From: Ignavibacteriota bacterium
GTDB taxonomy: Bacteria > Bacteroidota > Ignavibacteria > UBA10030
DNA length: 64,000 nucleotides
NCBI GenBank assembly: GCA_963727825.1
Contig: CAVSHO010000009.1
Location: forward strand, 896,001 to 960,000
Reading direction: 5' to 3'
This document shows, piece after piece, positions 1-10,677 of the stretch. How positions within the stretch are numbered: position 1 is the stretch's first letter; each line of letters begins with the position of its first letter. Both the position numbers and the translations under genes were made by a program. The notes under the pieces were generated by a model, which did no database searches, was not told the DNA's origin, and worked only from the letters and a program-made list of their open reading frames with translations.

Positions 1-1206
1 ACTTGCATTGATATGAATATATTCTTTTGTCAAATCGCATGTCCAGAAGCGCGCTTCTGCAGACCCTTGATTAAGATTAATCTGCACACTGATATTATCC
101 TGTGATAGTACAGCTTTCGCTTTCTCTTCATCAAGAACAATTTCATAGTTCGGTTTCAATACTGGCAAATCGTTAAAGCCAATTGATACTTTTGCCGGAT
201 CGAAATCAATGCCGGAATAACCAACAGCGCAAAGAATACGTCCCCAATTTGCATCCGCACCGTGAAGAGCGGTCTTAACTAAATTAGAATTTGCCACAGA
301 TCGTGCGGCTTGTGTGGCTTCATCTTCCGTTTGCGCTCCGCTCACAACAATTTCTACGAACTTTGTTGCACCTTCACCGTCGCGTGCAATCATCTTAGCA
401 AGTTTAATAAGGATGTATTCGAGTGCTGCAAGAAACTGCTGATAAACAGAAGTGTTTTCCCGAATCTCTTCGTTTTTCGCTAATCCATTTGCAAGCACGA
501 GCAGCATATCATTCGTGCTCATATCTCCATCAACGGTAATGCGATTGAAAGAATGATTGTTTGCGATACGTAATGCCGACTGTAACGCCGATGGCGCGAT
601 GACTGCATCGGTAGTAACAAATGCAAGCATTGTTGCCATGTTAGGCGCAATCATTCCGGAACCTTTAGCCATTCCGCCAATCGTAATAACAGAAGAACCG
701 ATGGAAAGCCGCAAGGCACATTCTTTAGAAAATATATCCGTTGTCATAATCGCTTCGGCGGCATCTTTATTGCCATCCGCAGAAAGGTTTATTGATAGAT
801 CACTGATGCCTTTCAAAACATTTTCCATTGGAAGATACTGACCGATGACACCGGTAGAAGAGACCAGCACTTCCTCGCGAGGCAGACGAAGAGCGCTGGC
901 AGTTTTATCAACCATTGTCCATGCGTCTTTCATTCCTTGTTCACCTGTGCATGCGTTGGCATTGCCGCTGTTAATGACGACAGCTGAACATATCTTCGAA
1001 TTCTTGAGTTGAATTTTATCAACCAGCAAAGGCGCTGCAACAACTTTGTTCAGCGTGAATACCCCGGCAACAATTGCCGGTTTTGCTGACCGCACAATTG
1101 CAATATCCTTTTTTGCTTTTCGAATACCGCAGTAAATTCCGCCGGCAGTGAATCCTTTTGCCGCAGTTACACCGCCGGCGCATTCCTGAGATGCATCAAT
1201 TTCCAT
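1..1206 (-). CDS. argJ: Bifunctional glutamate N-acetyltransferase/amino-acid acetyltransferase ArgJ (3' end runs off the window)
   Basis: Not in the ORF track because its stop lies outside the window. Manual translation from the ATG at 1206 (TAATG overlap with the argC stop) gives MEIDASQECAGGVTAAKGF...GMAKGSGMIAPNMATML...DGDMSTNDM...ARDGEGATK...DANWGRI...WTCDLTKEYIHINAS, all ArgJ signature segments. Confidence 0.95.
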   Translation of the reverse strand, partial: MEIDASQECAGGVTAAKGFTAGGIYCGIRKAKKDIAIVRSAKPAIVAGVFTLNKVVAAPLLVDKIQLKNSKICSAVVINSGNANACTGEQGMKDAWTMVDKTASALRLPREEVLVSSTGVIGQYLPMENVLKGISDLSINLSADGNKDAAEAIMTTDIFSKECALRLSIGSSVITIGGMAKGSGMIAPNMATMLAFVTTDAVIAPSALQSALRIANNHSFNRITVDGDMSTNDMLLVLANGLAKNEEIRENTSVYQQFLAALEYILIKLAKMIARDGEGATKFVEIVVSGAQTEDEATQAARSVANSNLVKTALHGADANWGRILCAVGYSGIDFDPAKVSIGFNDLPVLKPNYEIVLDEEKAKAVLSQDNISVQINLNQGSAEARFWTCDLTKEYIHINAS

Positions 1207-2222
1207 TATTGTAATCCTTCTATTTCGTTCATTCCAAACATGATATTCATATTTTGCACTGCTTGTCCTGCAGCCCCTTTGATTAAATTGTCGATCGCAG
1301 AAAAAACAACGAGCTGTTCGTTTTCTTGATTGATGCGGAAACCAATGTCGATAAAATTTGTGTACGTAACGTTTTTAATTTCTGGGATTGCTGTTGCCGA
1401 GTATCGAACAAACGGCGCCGCTGCATAGTACTTGTCATAGATTGCAAGAATTTCTTGCTCAGTTACCGACTTTTTCAGTATCGCATACGTGGAAGTATAT
1501 ATGCCGCGTGTGATTGGAAGAAGATGCGGCACGAACGAAAACTTCACTTGCTTACCGGAAAGCGACTCTAATGTCGTTTTAATTTCCGGAATGTGTTGAT
1601 GAGCGCCAACTTTATAAGCACGAACTGATTCATTCACTTCAGCAAAGGACATATCAGTGGAAGCACTTCGCCCAGCACCGGAAACACCGGAGAGCGAACT
1701 GACTGCGATGCCATTCGATTCTATGATGCAATCTTTCAGCAGGGGAGCGAGCGGAAGGATGACACTTGTCGGATAACAACCAGGATTTGCGACAAGAGAC
1801 GCTGATTTAATCTGCGGTGAATTCCATTCCGGTAAACCGTACACAGATTGTCGTAATATTGCAGTCGCCGAGTGAGCTCGTTTGTAATATCGTTCGTATA
1901 GCGAAGTATCTTGTAGACGGAAATCACCGCCAAGGTCAATCACCCGTTTTCCTGCCGAAAGTATAGCTGGAACAATATTCATTGCCTCTCCCGAGGGGAG
2001 CGCAACGAAAATAAGGTCGCTTTTTAATATTTTATCGACAGAATATGGCTCAAGCACTATGTCTAAAGTTTTATTGAACAACGGTGCAACATCAGAAAGA
2101 TGTTTGCCAGCGGAAGAATTTGCAAAGAGTCTATCTATTTTTACGCCAGGGTGATGAACAAGGATCTTTAAGAGTTCAATGCCAGAATAACCCGACGCAC
2201 CGATGACGGAAACGGAAATCAT
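1206..2222 (-). CDS. argC: N-acetyl-gamma-glutamyl-phosphate reductase
   Basis: GASGYSG Rossmann motif, ANPGCYPTS catalytic Cys, SGVSGAGR and DNLIKGAAGQAVQNMN; adjacent to argJ. Confidence 0.97.
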   Translation of the reverse strand: MISVSVIGASGYSGIELLKILVHHPGVKIDRLFANSSAGKHLSDVAPLFNKTLDIVLEPYSVDKILKSDLIFVALPSGEAMNIVPAILSAGKRVIDLGGDFRLQDTSLYERYYKRAHSATAILRQSVYGLPEWNSPQIKSASLVANPGCYPTSVILPLAPLLKDCIIESNGIAVSSLSGVSGAGRSASTDMSFAEVNESVRAYKVGAHQHIPEIKTTLESLSGKQVKFSFVPHLLPITRGIYTSTYAILKKSVTEQEILAIYDKYYAAAPFVRYSATAIPEIKNVTYTNFIDIGFRINQENEQLVVFSAIDNLIKGAAGQAVQNMNIMFGMNEIEGLQ

Positions 2223-2252
2223 ATTATATACGTATCCCTTTTAATTTTTATA

Positions 2253-2290
2253 ACTGCATTAATATACTACAATATGGATAATTATGCAAA
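2253..2290. promoter_or_regulatory. Tandem ARG boxes (putative ArgR operator)
   Basis: Two 18-bp imperfect palindromes, ACTGCATTAATATACTAC (2253-2270) and TATGGATAATTATGCAAA (2273-2290), 2 bp apart. Both fit TGnATwwwwATnCA and lie directly upstream of argC. Confidence 0.7.
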
Positions 2291-2474
2291 TGAAAATTAA
2301 TCATATTTTAAAAACATTTCTTAATATTTTAGAAATTGTGAGTCATTTTATATTCGTAAAGAGGAAAAATAAAACGGAAAGCAGGCAACAGGCAACAGGA
2401 AACAATGATTTGCTATTAACGGCTTTCATTAATGCTTAAAACAATATTTCAACTTACTTTTGCTATCCCGATAT

Positions 2475-3388
2475 CTAAAAATTCATTGTTAAACTAACAC
2501 CGGTTCCACGCGGTGTAATATTTGGCAAGATATGCACCTTAGCCTTTCCATCTCCGGAATCTATTATTGGCATTCCTTCGGGATGTGCGGCAAGCATTCC
2601 AAAATAATATCCGATGAAAAGTCCAAGCGGATAATCACTCACCCAATGGATGCCATTGCTTAACATGCCAAGCCCAACAAGACGTAGTGAATGCATATCC
2701 AACTGGACGAATCCATTTTTCATCTGGATAATTTTCTGCAACCACAATAACAGTCGCGATGGATGTACAAAGATGTCCGGATGGAAATGCGTCGAATTGA
2801 GGAACTCTGCGATGATAATCAATTTGATTGGGCAAGATTTTCCAAATTCCTGTTGGTGAAGTGCGTACAAACGGACTTTCTCGGCCTGTAACATGTTTGA
2901 GTAATTGTACCACAGCACCAGATGCAAGCACAGCTTGCACAATTTCACTCCCTGTTCTCAATGCTTTTTGATCTGTGAATACAAGCCCATATGCTCCTAG
3001 CGTTCCTGCAAGAGCAAACTGTGTTGTTCCTTCTCCCATGTTGGCACAAAAATCACTCAGATTTTTTGCAGATCGATGAACCGTAATAAAATTTAGCTGC
3101 CGGTGTATACGTAATATCATCCGTAAAATAAGTTCCCACAGTTAATCCACCAACAATAAGCCATTCATCAACTCGTTCTTTACAAAAGGAAATATCGTAC
3201 CAACGCTCCCAATCACGCGGAATGTTTTCAATCATTGTGTACCATTGAACATTTTCCGGTTCTTCTTTGTCTAAAATGGAAATTGAATCCGCCGAAGATG
3301 ATTTTTGTAAGTCTTGTGCTTGACTCTTGTAGATAGTACCGATTAATAAAATTATGAATAAAAACCATAGGAGAAATAAATGTCTCAT
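2475..3388 (-). CDS. PAP2-family phosphatase with signal peptide (split by two +1 frameshifts, probably sequencing errors)
   Basis: Fragments 3053-3388, 2635-3120 and the 3' part of 2475-2948 join into one protein with KxxxGRESP, FPSGH and HWVSD PAP2 motifs. Removing one base at about 3075 and one at about 2682 restores the frame. Confidence 0.85.
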
Positions 3389-3397
3389 ATTATCCTT

Positions 3398-4219
3398 TTA
3401 AAACTTTACGCTGAGAAGAAAACCGTATTGGTGTCCATCTGCCTGGGGCAGAATTGTGACATCGGAGGAGCCATAATTTAATTTTTCAACCAATTTTGTT
3501 TCATAATGTCCAATAATTGCGCCCAACAAAACAATCGCTCATCCAATGCGTGCTTTCTGTGACCGGCTAACGGCAGTAGCTGTCGCGAGTGAATAGCACA
3601 TGTAAGATACCCAAGGTTCAGTATAGAAATCGGAAATCGTTGTAGCAGCAGCAAATACTGTCGTTGTATGCCCAGAAGGAAAAGAATCAAAAGAAGAAAT
3701 TCCTTTGCCGTTCCCCTTTGATTTGCTGAAATATGCAAACGGTCCATACCAAAATCCGCCGTGTCGAGTTGCGGCGCTTGGACGTTCACGTCCGCAGAGA
3801 TATTTGAAGAATTGCACAGTAACACCGGTAAAAATGAAAGATTCAATACCAATTTTGCCAACTTCGAATGCTTTCTTATCCGTGAAAATCAATCCATATC
3901 CGGCAAACCCTCCGAATAATCCTACAGAGAACAAACCATTTCCAAGATTGGTAATAACCGGGCTAACATCTTTCACAATTTTGTGGTTCATCTTCCAACC
4001 ATATAAGTCATTATAGATTTGTTGATCATAATGAAATAGTAGAGCAGTTAATAGCTATAGCACCGGTGACACCAAGAACAATTGTAGCTGACGATGTTGT
4101 TGTCGCTGCACTATCGGAAATAGTTGATGTTAAAGGTTGTGAGAAACAAAAGCAGAACAAAGATAAGATTAAAAATAATAACTTTGATTATTGTGGTAAT
4201 CAAGCAGATAAACTTTCAT
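3398..4219 (-). CDS. Second PAP2-family phosphatase (several frameshifts)
   Basis: The 3539-3991 fragment has KYLCGRERP and SFPSGHTT. A hydrophobic N-terminus at about 4050-4219 and the C-terminus ...ILPQADGHQYGFLLSVKF* (stop 3398) lie in other frames. Confidence 0.8.
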
Positions 4220-4403
4220 TTTTTCGACCCAATTGAGAAATATGAATGTTAAACCTGATGGTAAAGTTATTTCCTCACATGAATGAAAGAATCTCAAGTT
4301 ACTCTTTTTCATGAGAAAAATATTTTTACACAAAGGGAAAAGAGTGGGCCATCTATCTCTTTATTGCCTAATATAATTTACGGTAATTTTATGAGATGTA
4401 ATA

Positions 4404-6934
4404 CTAAAATTCGATTTCGATTCCACCAACCGGGAAAAAAGAAAATTGGTATACAGTTTCACGTGTACCGTCACTACGGTATTCATAATAAAACACATTT
4501 TTTGTGTTCATCACATTCATAAGTGCAATATAAACATTGATATTCCAATTTTGCATATAGAACCTGCTGATCCATTGGATATCAAGACGGCTATAATCCG
4601 GATAACGAACAGAGTTGATTTGATCGGATGCTTTCCATGTTCCACGCGACCATTGAACCCCGCCTTCCCATACCTGTTCGCTTGTTGTCCATTCAATAGG
4701 TGTATATACCCCGCCAGTTTGATAACGATACTTGCAACTAATCTCCATTTCATCTGAAAATGGTAGAATATACAATGGGTATTTGATAAAGAACGACTGC
4801 TTATTAAGCCATGAACGGGCACCCTTTACAATCTTGCCGCCGACCAAATTAACAATCACTGGATAATCATACTGCGATGGGTATGTTTTTCCCACCATAC
4901 CAATGCGCGGATCATCATCAGTTGTTTTGGAAAGTGAAACACTAATTGTCCCATAATAGTTAGTCACCTGTTTTTTTTGTAAAGAAATTCTAATCCATAG
5001 GAATATCTTGTGCCCGACTGCAAGATTTTATCAGACCAGTTTGTATCGATTAAAGAATGAATATATTCCTCACTCACTGCGATGTTACTGAAAACTTCTT
5101 ATAATATGTTTCCACACTGAATTTTATACCTTCATCTAGAATATGCTGTAAACCAAGGACAATATGTTGAGATCTTTCATTCTCTAAATATTTATTGATT
5201 CCTAGATTTTTCCGGTCAGCATAATCCGGTAATGGCTGTGTCTGCCAATAATCTCCAGCCGATAATGAAAGTGTAGTTGTTACTGGAATTAATTCGTATG
5301 CAATACTTCCACGCGGACTGAATTGCCCTTGCCTGGAATATGAAAAGTAGTCATATCTTAAACCGAAAGTTAGATTAAAACTCGGTGTAATACGATATTT
5401 ATCGCTTATGTATGCAAACATTTTATTTGCATCGCCGAAACTTAAAGAGTTAGTAATATCACCGTATGGGGAATTTGTATACACATAAGATGTATCATAA
5501 GGATTTTGAATGTTGCGTTTATAACGTGTCTGACTTCCTAAAAATGTCGATGTACCAATCCAATGGTTTGTTGTCTGAATTTGAGTGCCAACCATAAGAT
5601 CATGCTTGGGGTGAATTTGATAAAACAGCTCATATTTTATCGCATAAAAGGCTTCATCATCATGCGAATTATATACATCCTGTGAATTTATTATTTTTGC
5701 CGCTTCAACGTTTCCTTTATCATTGTAGACGAGATGATAATAATTATCCAGCGCATCCACATTATATTGGTTTCCAACGGTGTAGAGAGAAAGAGTAGAA
5801 TATCCCTCTTTTCCCCATAGACTTTTTAAATTGATGCCAAGAGCATATTGTTTATCATGGACATTATCATTCTCTAAACTCGCTTGAATATATCCGAATT
5901 TTCGCGGCTCGCATCCTGCTGATTAGGATCTCCTTTAATATAGATACGGCTATCTCCATAAAGACCATTCAGCGAAAGTTTTTGTGTCGGCGAAAGATCG
6001 TATACAACCTTTGTTTGTGCATCCCAATATTTCGGAATTGCTGTCAAGAGAGAGAGCAGACATTCCCACTAATTTGTCAATAACTTCCAAGAAGCTTTGG
6101 CGTGCGGAAAAAATCCATGATCCCCTTCCATCTGCCAATGACCCCTCCATCAATGTCCCGAAACCTGCCATATTAAACCCAGTATTTGATGCAAATCCCT
6201 TATTCCGATCTCCCTCACGAATTGTTATATCCATTACTGAAGACATTTTATCGCTGTACTGCACAGGAAATCCGCCGGCAGAAAATTGAACATCTTCCAC
6301 AAAATCAATGTTGATCATATTAATCGGACCAGCAGAATTAAATTCATTTGGATAATGATTAATAGAAGGAATTTCCATGCCTTCCATAACTGTCAGGTTT
6401 TCGTACGGTGCACCGCCGCGTACAATAAGTTCATTGACATTATCATTAGAGCTGGCAATACCGGGCAGATTCTGCACAACCCGCTGTACATCCATGTATA
6501 GATCCGGGCTGACGTTTTACTTCTGCGCGGTCGTAATTATTTACGCTTAATGGAGCTAATTGATTATTTCTAGTAAAATAATTTGCCTGTATTGTCATAC
6601 CGGAAACTTCAACCGTTTGTTCATTCAATTTGATTGTTACTTTGGTACTGCGTCCGGTCGATACGACAATATTTGTTACAATAATGCTTTCATAACCGAC
6701 GATCGTTGCTTTCAAACTAAACGAGCCAACAGAAATTCCTTTAATACAGAAATTACCAGATGAATCTGATGTAGCGCCGAAAGTCGGTTGTTCTACAACC
6801 TGTACATTAACGGCAGGTAAGGGTTCCTGAGTTTTTCCGTCTACAACATGCCCGACAATGTCGCCTTTGAATGATTGTGCGGAGAGTTGGAATGCAGCAA
6901 GGCATACAAAAACAATAAATGCAACAGGTTTCAT
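4404..6934 (-). CDS. TonB-dependent receptor with N-terminal carboxypeptidase-regulatory-like domain (frameshifted into at least 4 fragments)
   Basis: Signal peptide and GxVVDGKTQEPLPAVNV domain; plug DVQRVVQNLPG...VRGG...ENL...FSAGGFPVQY; barrel GLRYDYF, YSRLDI; terminal Phe (GIEIEF*). Confidence 0.88.
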
Positions 6935-7041
6935 ATTTCTTTAATCGATTATTGGATAAAGTGAGAAACCTAAATTTAATTAAAAAAGCAACGAATTCGT
7001 TCGTCAGAATGGAATTCAGATGCCTCTGGTATTGTCACTTA

Positions 7042-7069
7042 AAACGAACGTTGTGTCAAAAAAGTTACA
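7042..7069 (-). promoter_or_regulatory. Putative ECF-sigma promoter of the TonB receptor gene
   Basis: Minus strand reads TGTAAC-N17-CGTTT, matching the generic ECF AAC/CGT pattern, about 110 bp upstream of the receptor start. Confidence 0.4.
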
Positions 7070-7390
7070 ATTATGTAGAAAGTTCGATAGTGAAATGATA
7101 AAGACATTTGCACTTTCGTTGTTTTAATCTTACTAATTTAACATACACAGTAAAATGAAAATAACTTTAACGATTTCGGTAAATAATGGAAGTAAGCCGG
7201 TGAATGGAAGATATAGGAAAAAAGGATTTTACATATAGCTAATGTAAAACATTGCAATCCAATATTATTCCACTGATCAAAAAAAACATCTATTACAATT
7301 CAATTCTGAATAAAATCTTTATATCGTAAAAGCAATAATCATTACATTCTAATTAAAAAGACTGATGGTTCTGTGTTCCTGTCCGACTAC

Positions 7391-7825
7391 TCATAGTTCA
7401 ATATCATAAGGCACAATTAGATCTCTACCACGTTTTAGTATGTCTTTTGGAAAAGGACAGGATTTTCTTTTTTGAGTATTAAAATGAACAGCCGTCAACA
7501 CCATAATTGCAGCGACTTCGCCTGTTATATCATTACGCATTTCATGAACAAAACGTACAGCTTTCTCTTTAATTTCAAGAACTCCTGAGCGCACAGTAAC
7601 CGTGCTTCCTGCGGTTATTTCAGATTTATATGTTATGTTCTGCTGAAGCGCGGCAATACCCATGTGTTTTTTCATAAAATATGAATTATTCAAACCCAGC
7701 ATTGAGGCAAATTGCCAGGATGCATCATCAAACTTACTTGCGTACCAAACAACATTCATATGACCCATAATATCGCAATGCCATGGATGAACAACACCGC
7801 GATATGTAATTTGCATTTCAGCCAT
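7391..7825 (-). CDS. Acyl-CoA thioesterase (4HBT/hotdog family)
   Basis: VHPWHCDIMGHMNVVWY motif (D-x-x-G-H-x-N); 144 aa. Confidence 0.9.
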   Translation of the reverse strand: MAEMQITYRGVVHPWHCDIMGHMNVVWYASKFDDASWQFASMLGLNNSYFMKKHMGIAALQQNITYKSEITAGSTVTVRSGVLEIKEKAVRFVHEMRNDITGEVAAIMVLTAVHFNTQKRKSCPFPKDILKRGRDLIVPYDIEL

Positions 7826-7875
7826 GAAATTAACTCCGGAATAAATTGACTGGACAAATTAAAACAAGAACAATT

Positions 7876-8232
7876 CTATGCTTTAATCATTACAAGGATC
7901 ATTTTGAATTTTGTAATTGCCCTTACTGAATGCGGCTGATTTGCTGGAAGCAACAACATTTGTCCTGCGTGCAACCGATGTGAAATTATTGAAATAGATA
8001 TTTCGGCTTCGCCTTCTATCATAAGAACAAGTGCATCAAAAGGCACTGTATGTTCGCTCAAACCTTGGTTTTTATCAAAAGCAAATGCGGTTACATTGCC
8101 GCCAGACTGTTTCAACAATGTGCGGCTGACTACAGTACCGGTTTGATATTGAACAAGCTCAGCTTGCTGAAGAACGCCGCTGATTGTTGATAAATCATCT
8201 ATGTTTGTTGACATTTTCGTTACACCAAACAT
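7876..8232 (-). CDS. Cupin domain protein
   Basis: FAFDKNQGLSEHT...EGE...PANQPHSVRA cupin motifs; likely start at MSTNID. Confidence 0.9.
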   Translation of the reverse strand: MFGVTKMSTNIDDLSTISGVLQQAELVQYQTGTVVSRTLLKQSGGNVTAFAFDKNQGLSEHTVPFDALVLMIEGEAEISISIISHRLHAGQMLLLPANQPHSVRAITKFKMILVMIKA

Positions 8233-8269
8233 TTGTGATATAATATTAAGTTATTCGACAAAAGATTGC

Positions 8270-9928
8270 TTATTCATAACTTTCCTCACCTCGTATTTGC
8301 ACGCGTCTTATTTTACCGCTGATAGTTTTTGGAAGCTCCGTGACAAATTCCACAATCCTTGGGTACTTATATGGTGCGGTAACTTTCTTTACATGATTTT
8401 GCAACTCGCGTGCCAATTTATCGCTTGGCTGATAGTTCTTTGAAAGAACAACAGTTGCCTTCACGATTTGACCGCGTTCATCATCTGGAACAGCAGTAAT
8501 GGCACATTCCAATACTGCCGGGTGTTCCAATAATGCGCTCTCCACTTCAAACGGACCAATTCGGTAACCGGAACTTTTTATAATGTCATCAGCCCTGCCA
8601 ACAAACCAGTAATAACCATCTTCATCACGCCATGCCGTATCGCCTGTGTAATAGATGTTATTCTGCCATACACTTTTTGTAAGCCCTTCGTCCCGGAAAT
8701 AACCATCGAACATCCCTACTGGCTTTCTCTTCTTAGTATAAATTACAATCTGGCCAATTTCACCTACCTCGCATACCTTACCGTCTGGATCAATAAGATC
8801 GATATCGTAACCAGGCGATGGTTTTCCCATAGAACCTGGTTTTGGTTCCATCCACGGATAAGTTGCTACGGCAACCGTGCATTCTGTTTGTCCATAACCC
8901 TCCATTAATCGAATGCCGGTGGTTTCAAGGAATTGTTTGTACACCTCAGGGTTCAATGGCTCGCCTGCAACGACACAATATTTCAATTGGCTCAAATCAT
9001 ACTGTGTCAAATCCTCTTTTATTAAAAATCTGTAAATGGTTGGCGGTGCACAAAATGAGGTTACGTGGTACTTCTCAATAACTTTCATTAAATGTTTCGG
9101 AACAAATTTGTCGTAGTCGTACGTCATCACAGCGCATCCCGACAACCACTGACCATATATTTTTCCCCAAGCTGATTTTGCCCATCCGGTATCCGCAACT
9201 GTAAAGTGAAGACCATTGTCTTGCACATTTTGCCAGTATTTTGCCGTAGGAATATGTCCAAGGGGATACGCAAAGTTATGATTTACCATCTTGGGCATTC
9301 CAGTTGTGCCGGATGTAAAATAGAGAAGCATTGTATCATTTATTGTTACTTTTTCCCCAAGTGATTTTTGATTGAATACCTCCGGACTTTTTTCCATTTC
9401 TTCGGTCAAGTTCAACCACCCTTCACGCGATGCACCAATCAAAGCTTTATACTTTAAAGTTGGTGATTTTGCAATTGATTCTTCCACATGCTGAACAACA
9501 TCCGGTTCCGATACACTAACAATCATTTTTATATCTGCGGCATTATTTCTATATATAATATCTTTTGTACTTAGGAGGTGAGTTGCAGGAATGGTAATCG
9601 CTCCGATTTTATTTAAGGCGAGTGTACAAAACCAATATTCATAACGACGTTTCAAAATAAGCATCACAGGATCGCCTTTACAGATGCCTATTGATTGAAA
9701 GAAATTTGCAGCTTTGTCACTGAAACGTTTCATTTGTCCAAATGTAAAGGTTTCTTCTCCTCCTTTGTCGTCACACCACACCATTGCAATTTTATCGGGA
9801 GTTTTAAGGGCGATTTCATCAACTACGTCGAATGCAAAGTTGAAATGTTCTGGTATTCGAATCTCAAATTTATCGATGAATTCTTGATATGAATTGAAGT
9901 CTGTTTGTGAAAGATATTTATCAAGCAT
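8270..9928 (-). CDS. AMP-forming acyl-CoA synthetase (medium-chain/acetyl-CoA synthetase-like)
   Basis: [12 protein letters not shown]-loop, [32 protein letters not shown] and LPKTISGKI. Confidence 0.95.
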   Translation of the reverse strand: MLDKYLSQTDFNSYQEFIDKFEIRIPEHFNFAFDVVDEIALKTPDKIAMVWCDDKGGEETFTFGQMKRFSDKAANFFQSIGICKGDPVMLILKRRYEYWFCTLALNKIGAITIPATHLLSTKDIIYRNNAADIKMIVSVSEPDVVQHVEESIAKSPTLKYKALIGASREGWLNLTEEMEKSPEVFNQKSLGEKVTINDTMLLYFTSGTTGMPKMVNHNFAYPLGHIPTAKYWQNVQDNGLHFTVADTGWAKSAWGKIYGQWLSGCAVMTYDYDKFVPKHLMKVIEKYHVTSFCAPPTIYRFLIKEDLTQYDLSQLKYCVVAGEPLNPEVYKQFLETTGIRLMEGYGQTECTVAVATYPWMEPKPGSMGKPSPGYDIDLIDPDGKVCEVGEIGQIVIYTKKRKPVGMFDGYFRDEGLTKSVWQNNIYYTGDTAWRDEDGYYWFVGRADDIIKSSGYRIGPFEVESALLEHPAVLECAITAVPDDERGQIVKATVVLSKNYQPSDKLARELQNHVKKVTAPYKYPRIVEFVTELPKTISGKIRRVQIRGEESYE

Positions 9929-9953
9929 TATTATTCTCTTCTTATTTTAATGT

Positions 9954-10508
9954 TTATAAAACGATTGCCAGCATTTTGACCGGAGCTTGGTTCATTGCTT
10001 TCATCGCATGCTTGTATGCTGAGTCAAAATAGATGGAATCGCCCACATTCAAAACAACTTCATGTGTATCAATGATAATCTTCATTGTTCCTTCGAGGAC
10101 GTAATTGAATTCCTGCCCCGGATGAGAATTAAACTCCACTGGAGTAAATTCTGTATCTGGATCAATTTTAACGATAAACGGTTCTGCTTTTTTATTGATA
10201 AAATTAAATGCAAGATTTTCGTACTTATATTGTTTTCTTCTTTCCACACTCAATCCCTTGTCTTTACGAACTACGCAATAGACATGAAGTCTTGGATTCT
10301 CTCCGGTAAGGATTGCCGTAAGTTCAATGCCGAATTTATGTGCCACCTCATAAAGGAATCCAACGGGAATATCAACCGCCCCGCTCTCATATTGGATGAT
10401 TAAATCTGATGAAATTCCAAGGTCTTGTGCCAGTGAAGTTACGGAAAGTCCGGAAATTTCTCTCAGTTCCTTTATCCGCTCAGCGATGAATTGTATTTTT
10501 TCTTTCAT
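9954..10508 (-). CDS. XRE-family HTH regulator with C-terminal cupin domain
   Basis: RIKELREISGLSVTSLA HTH plus HPGQEFNYVLEG...GDSIYFDS cupin; typical partner of the downstream synthetase. Confidence 0.92.
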   Translation of the reverse strand: MKEKIQFIAERIKELREISGLSVTSLAQDLGISSDLIIQYESGAVDIPVGFLYEVAHKFGIELTAILTGENPRLHVYCVVRKDKGLSVERRKQYKYENLAFNFINKKAEPFIVKIDPDTEFTPVEFNSHPGQEFNYVLEGTMKIIIDTHEVVLNVGDSIYFDSAYKHAMKAMNQAPVKMLAIVL

Positions 10509-10677
10509 AGTAACAATTTCTTTCTAAGTCGTTTTCTTAACAATCAGTGCCGGTAGATTGAGTTATTACTTAGCACATTATAGGATAATGTTCTTGACAT
10601 GTCTACTTTTCGGAAATTTAATTGTTAATATGAGTAAAATCAATTTGTATTAGATTTTTATTGAAGAATTCTTCAGC

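Noticed and set aside
557-841. 94-aa + strand ORF
   Set aside because: Antisense to argJ, which the ORF track missed because its stop is outside the window.
2381-2405. Short tandem GGCAACA repeat upstream of argC
   Set aside because: Only two to three degenerate units; not distinguishable from chance.
2475-6934. Programmed frameshifting or phase variation in the PAP2 and TonB genes
   Set aside because: Breaks lack slippery heptamers or long simple repeats and are single extra bases at scattered sites; sequencing error is the simpler explanation.
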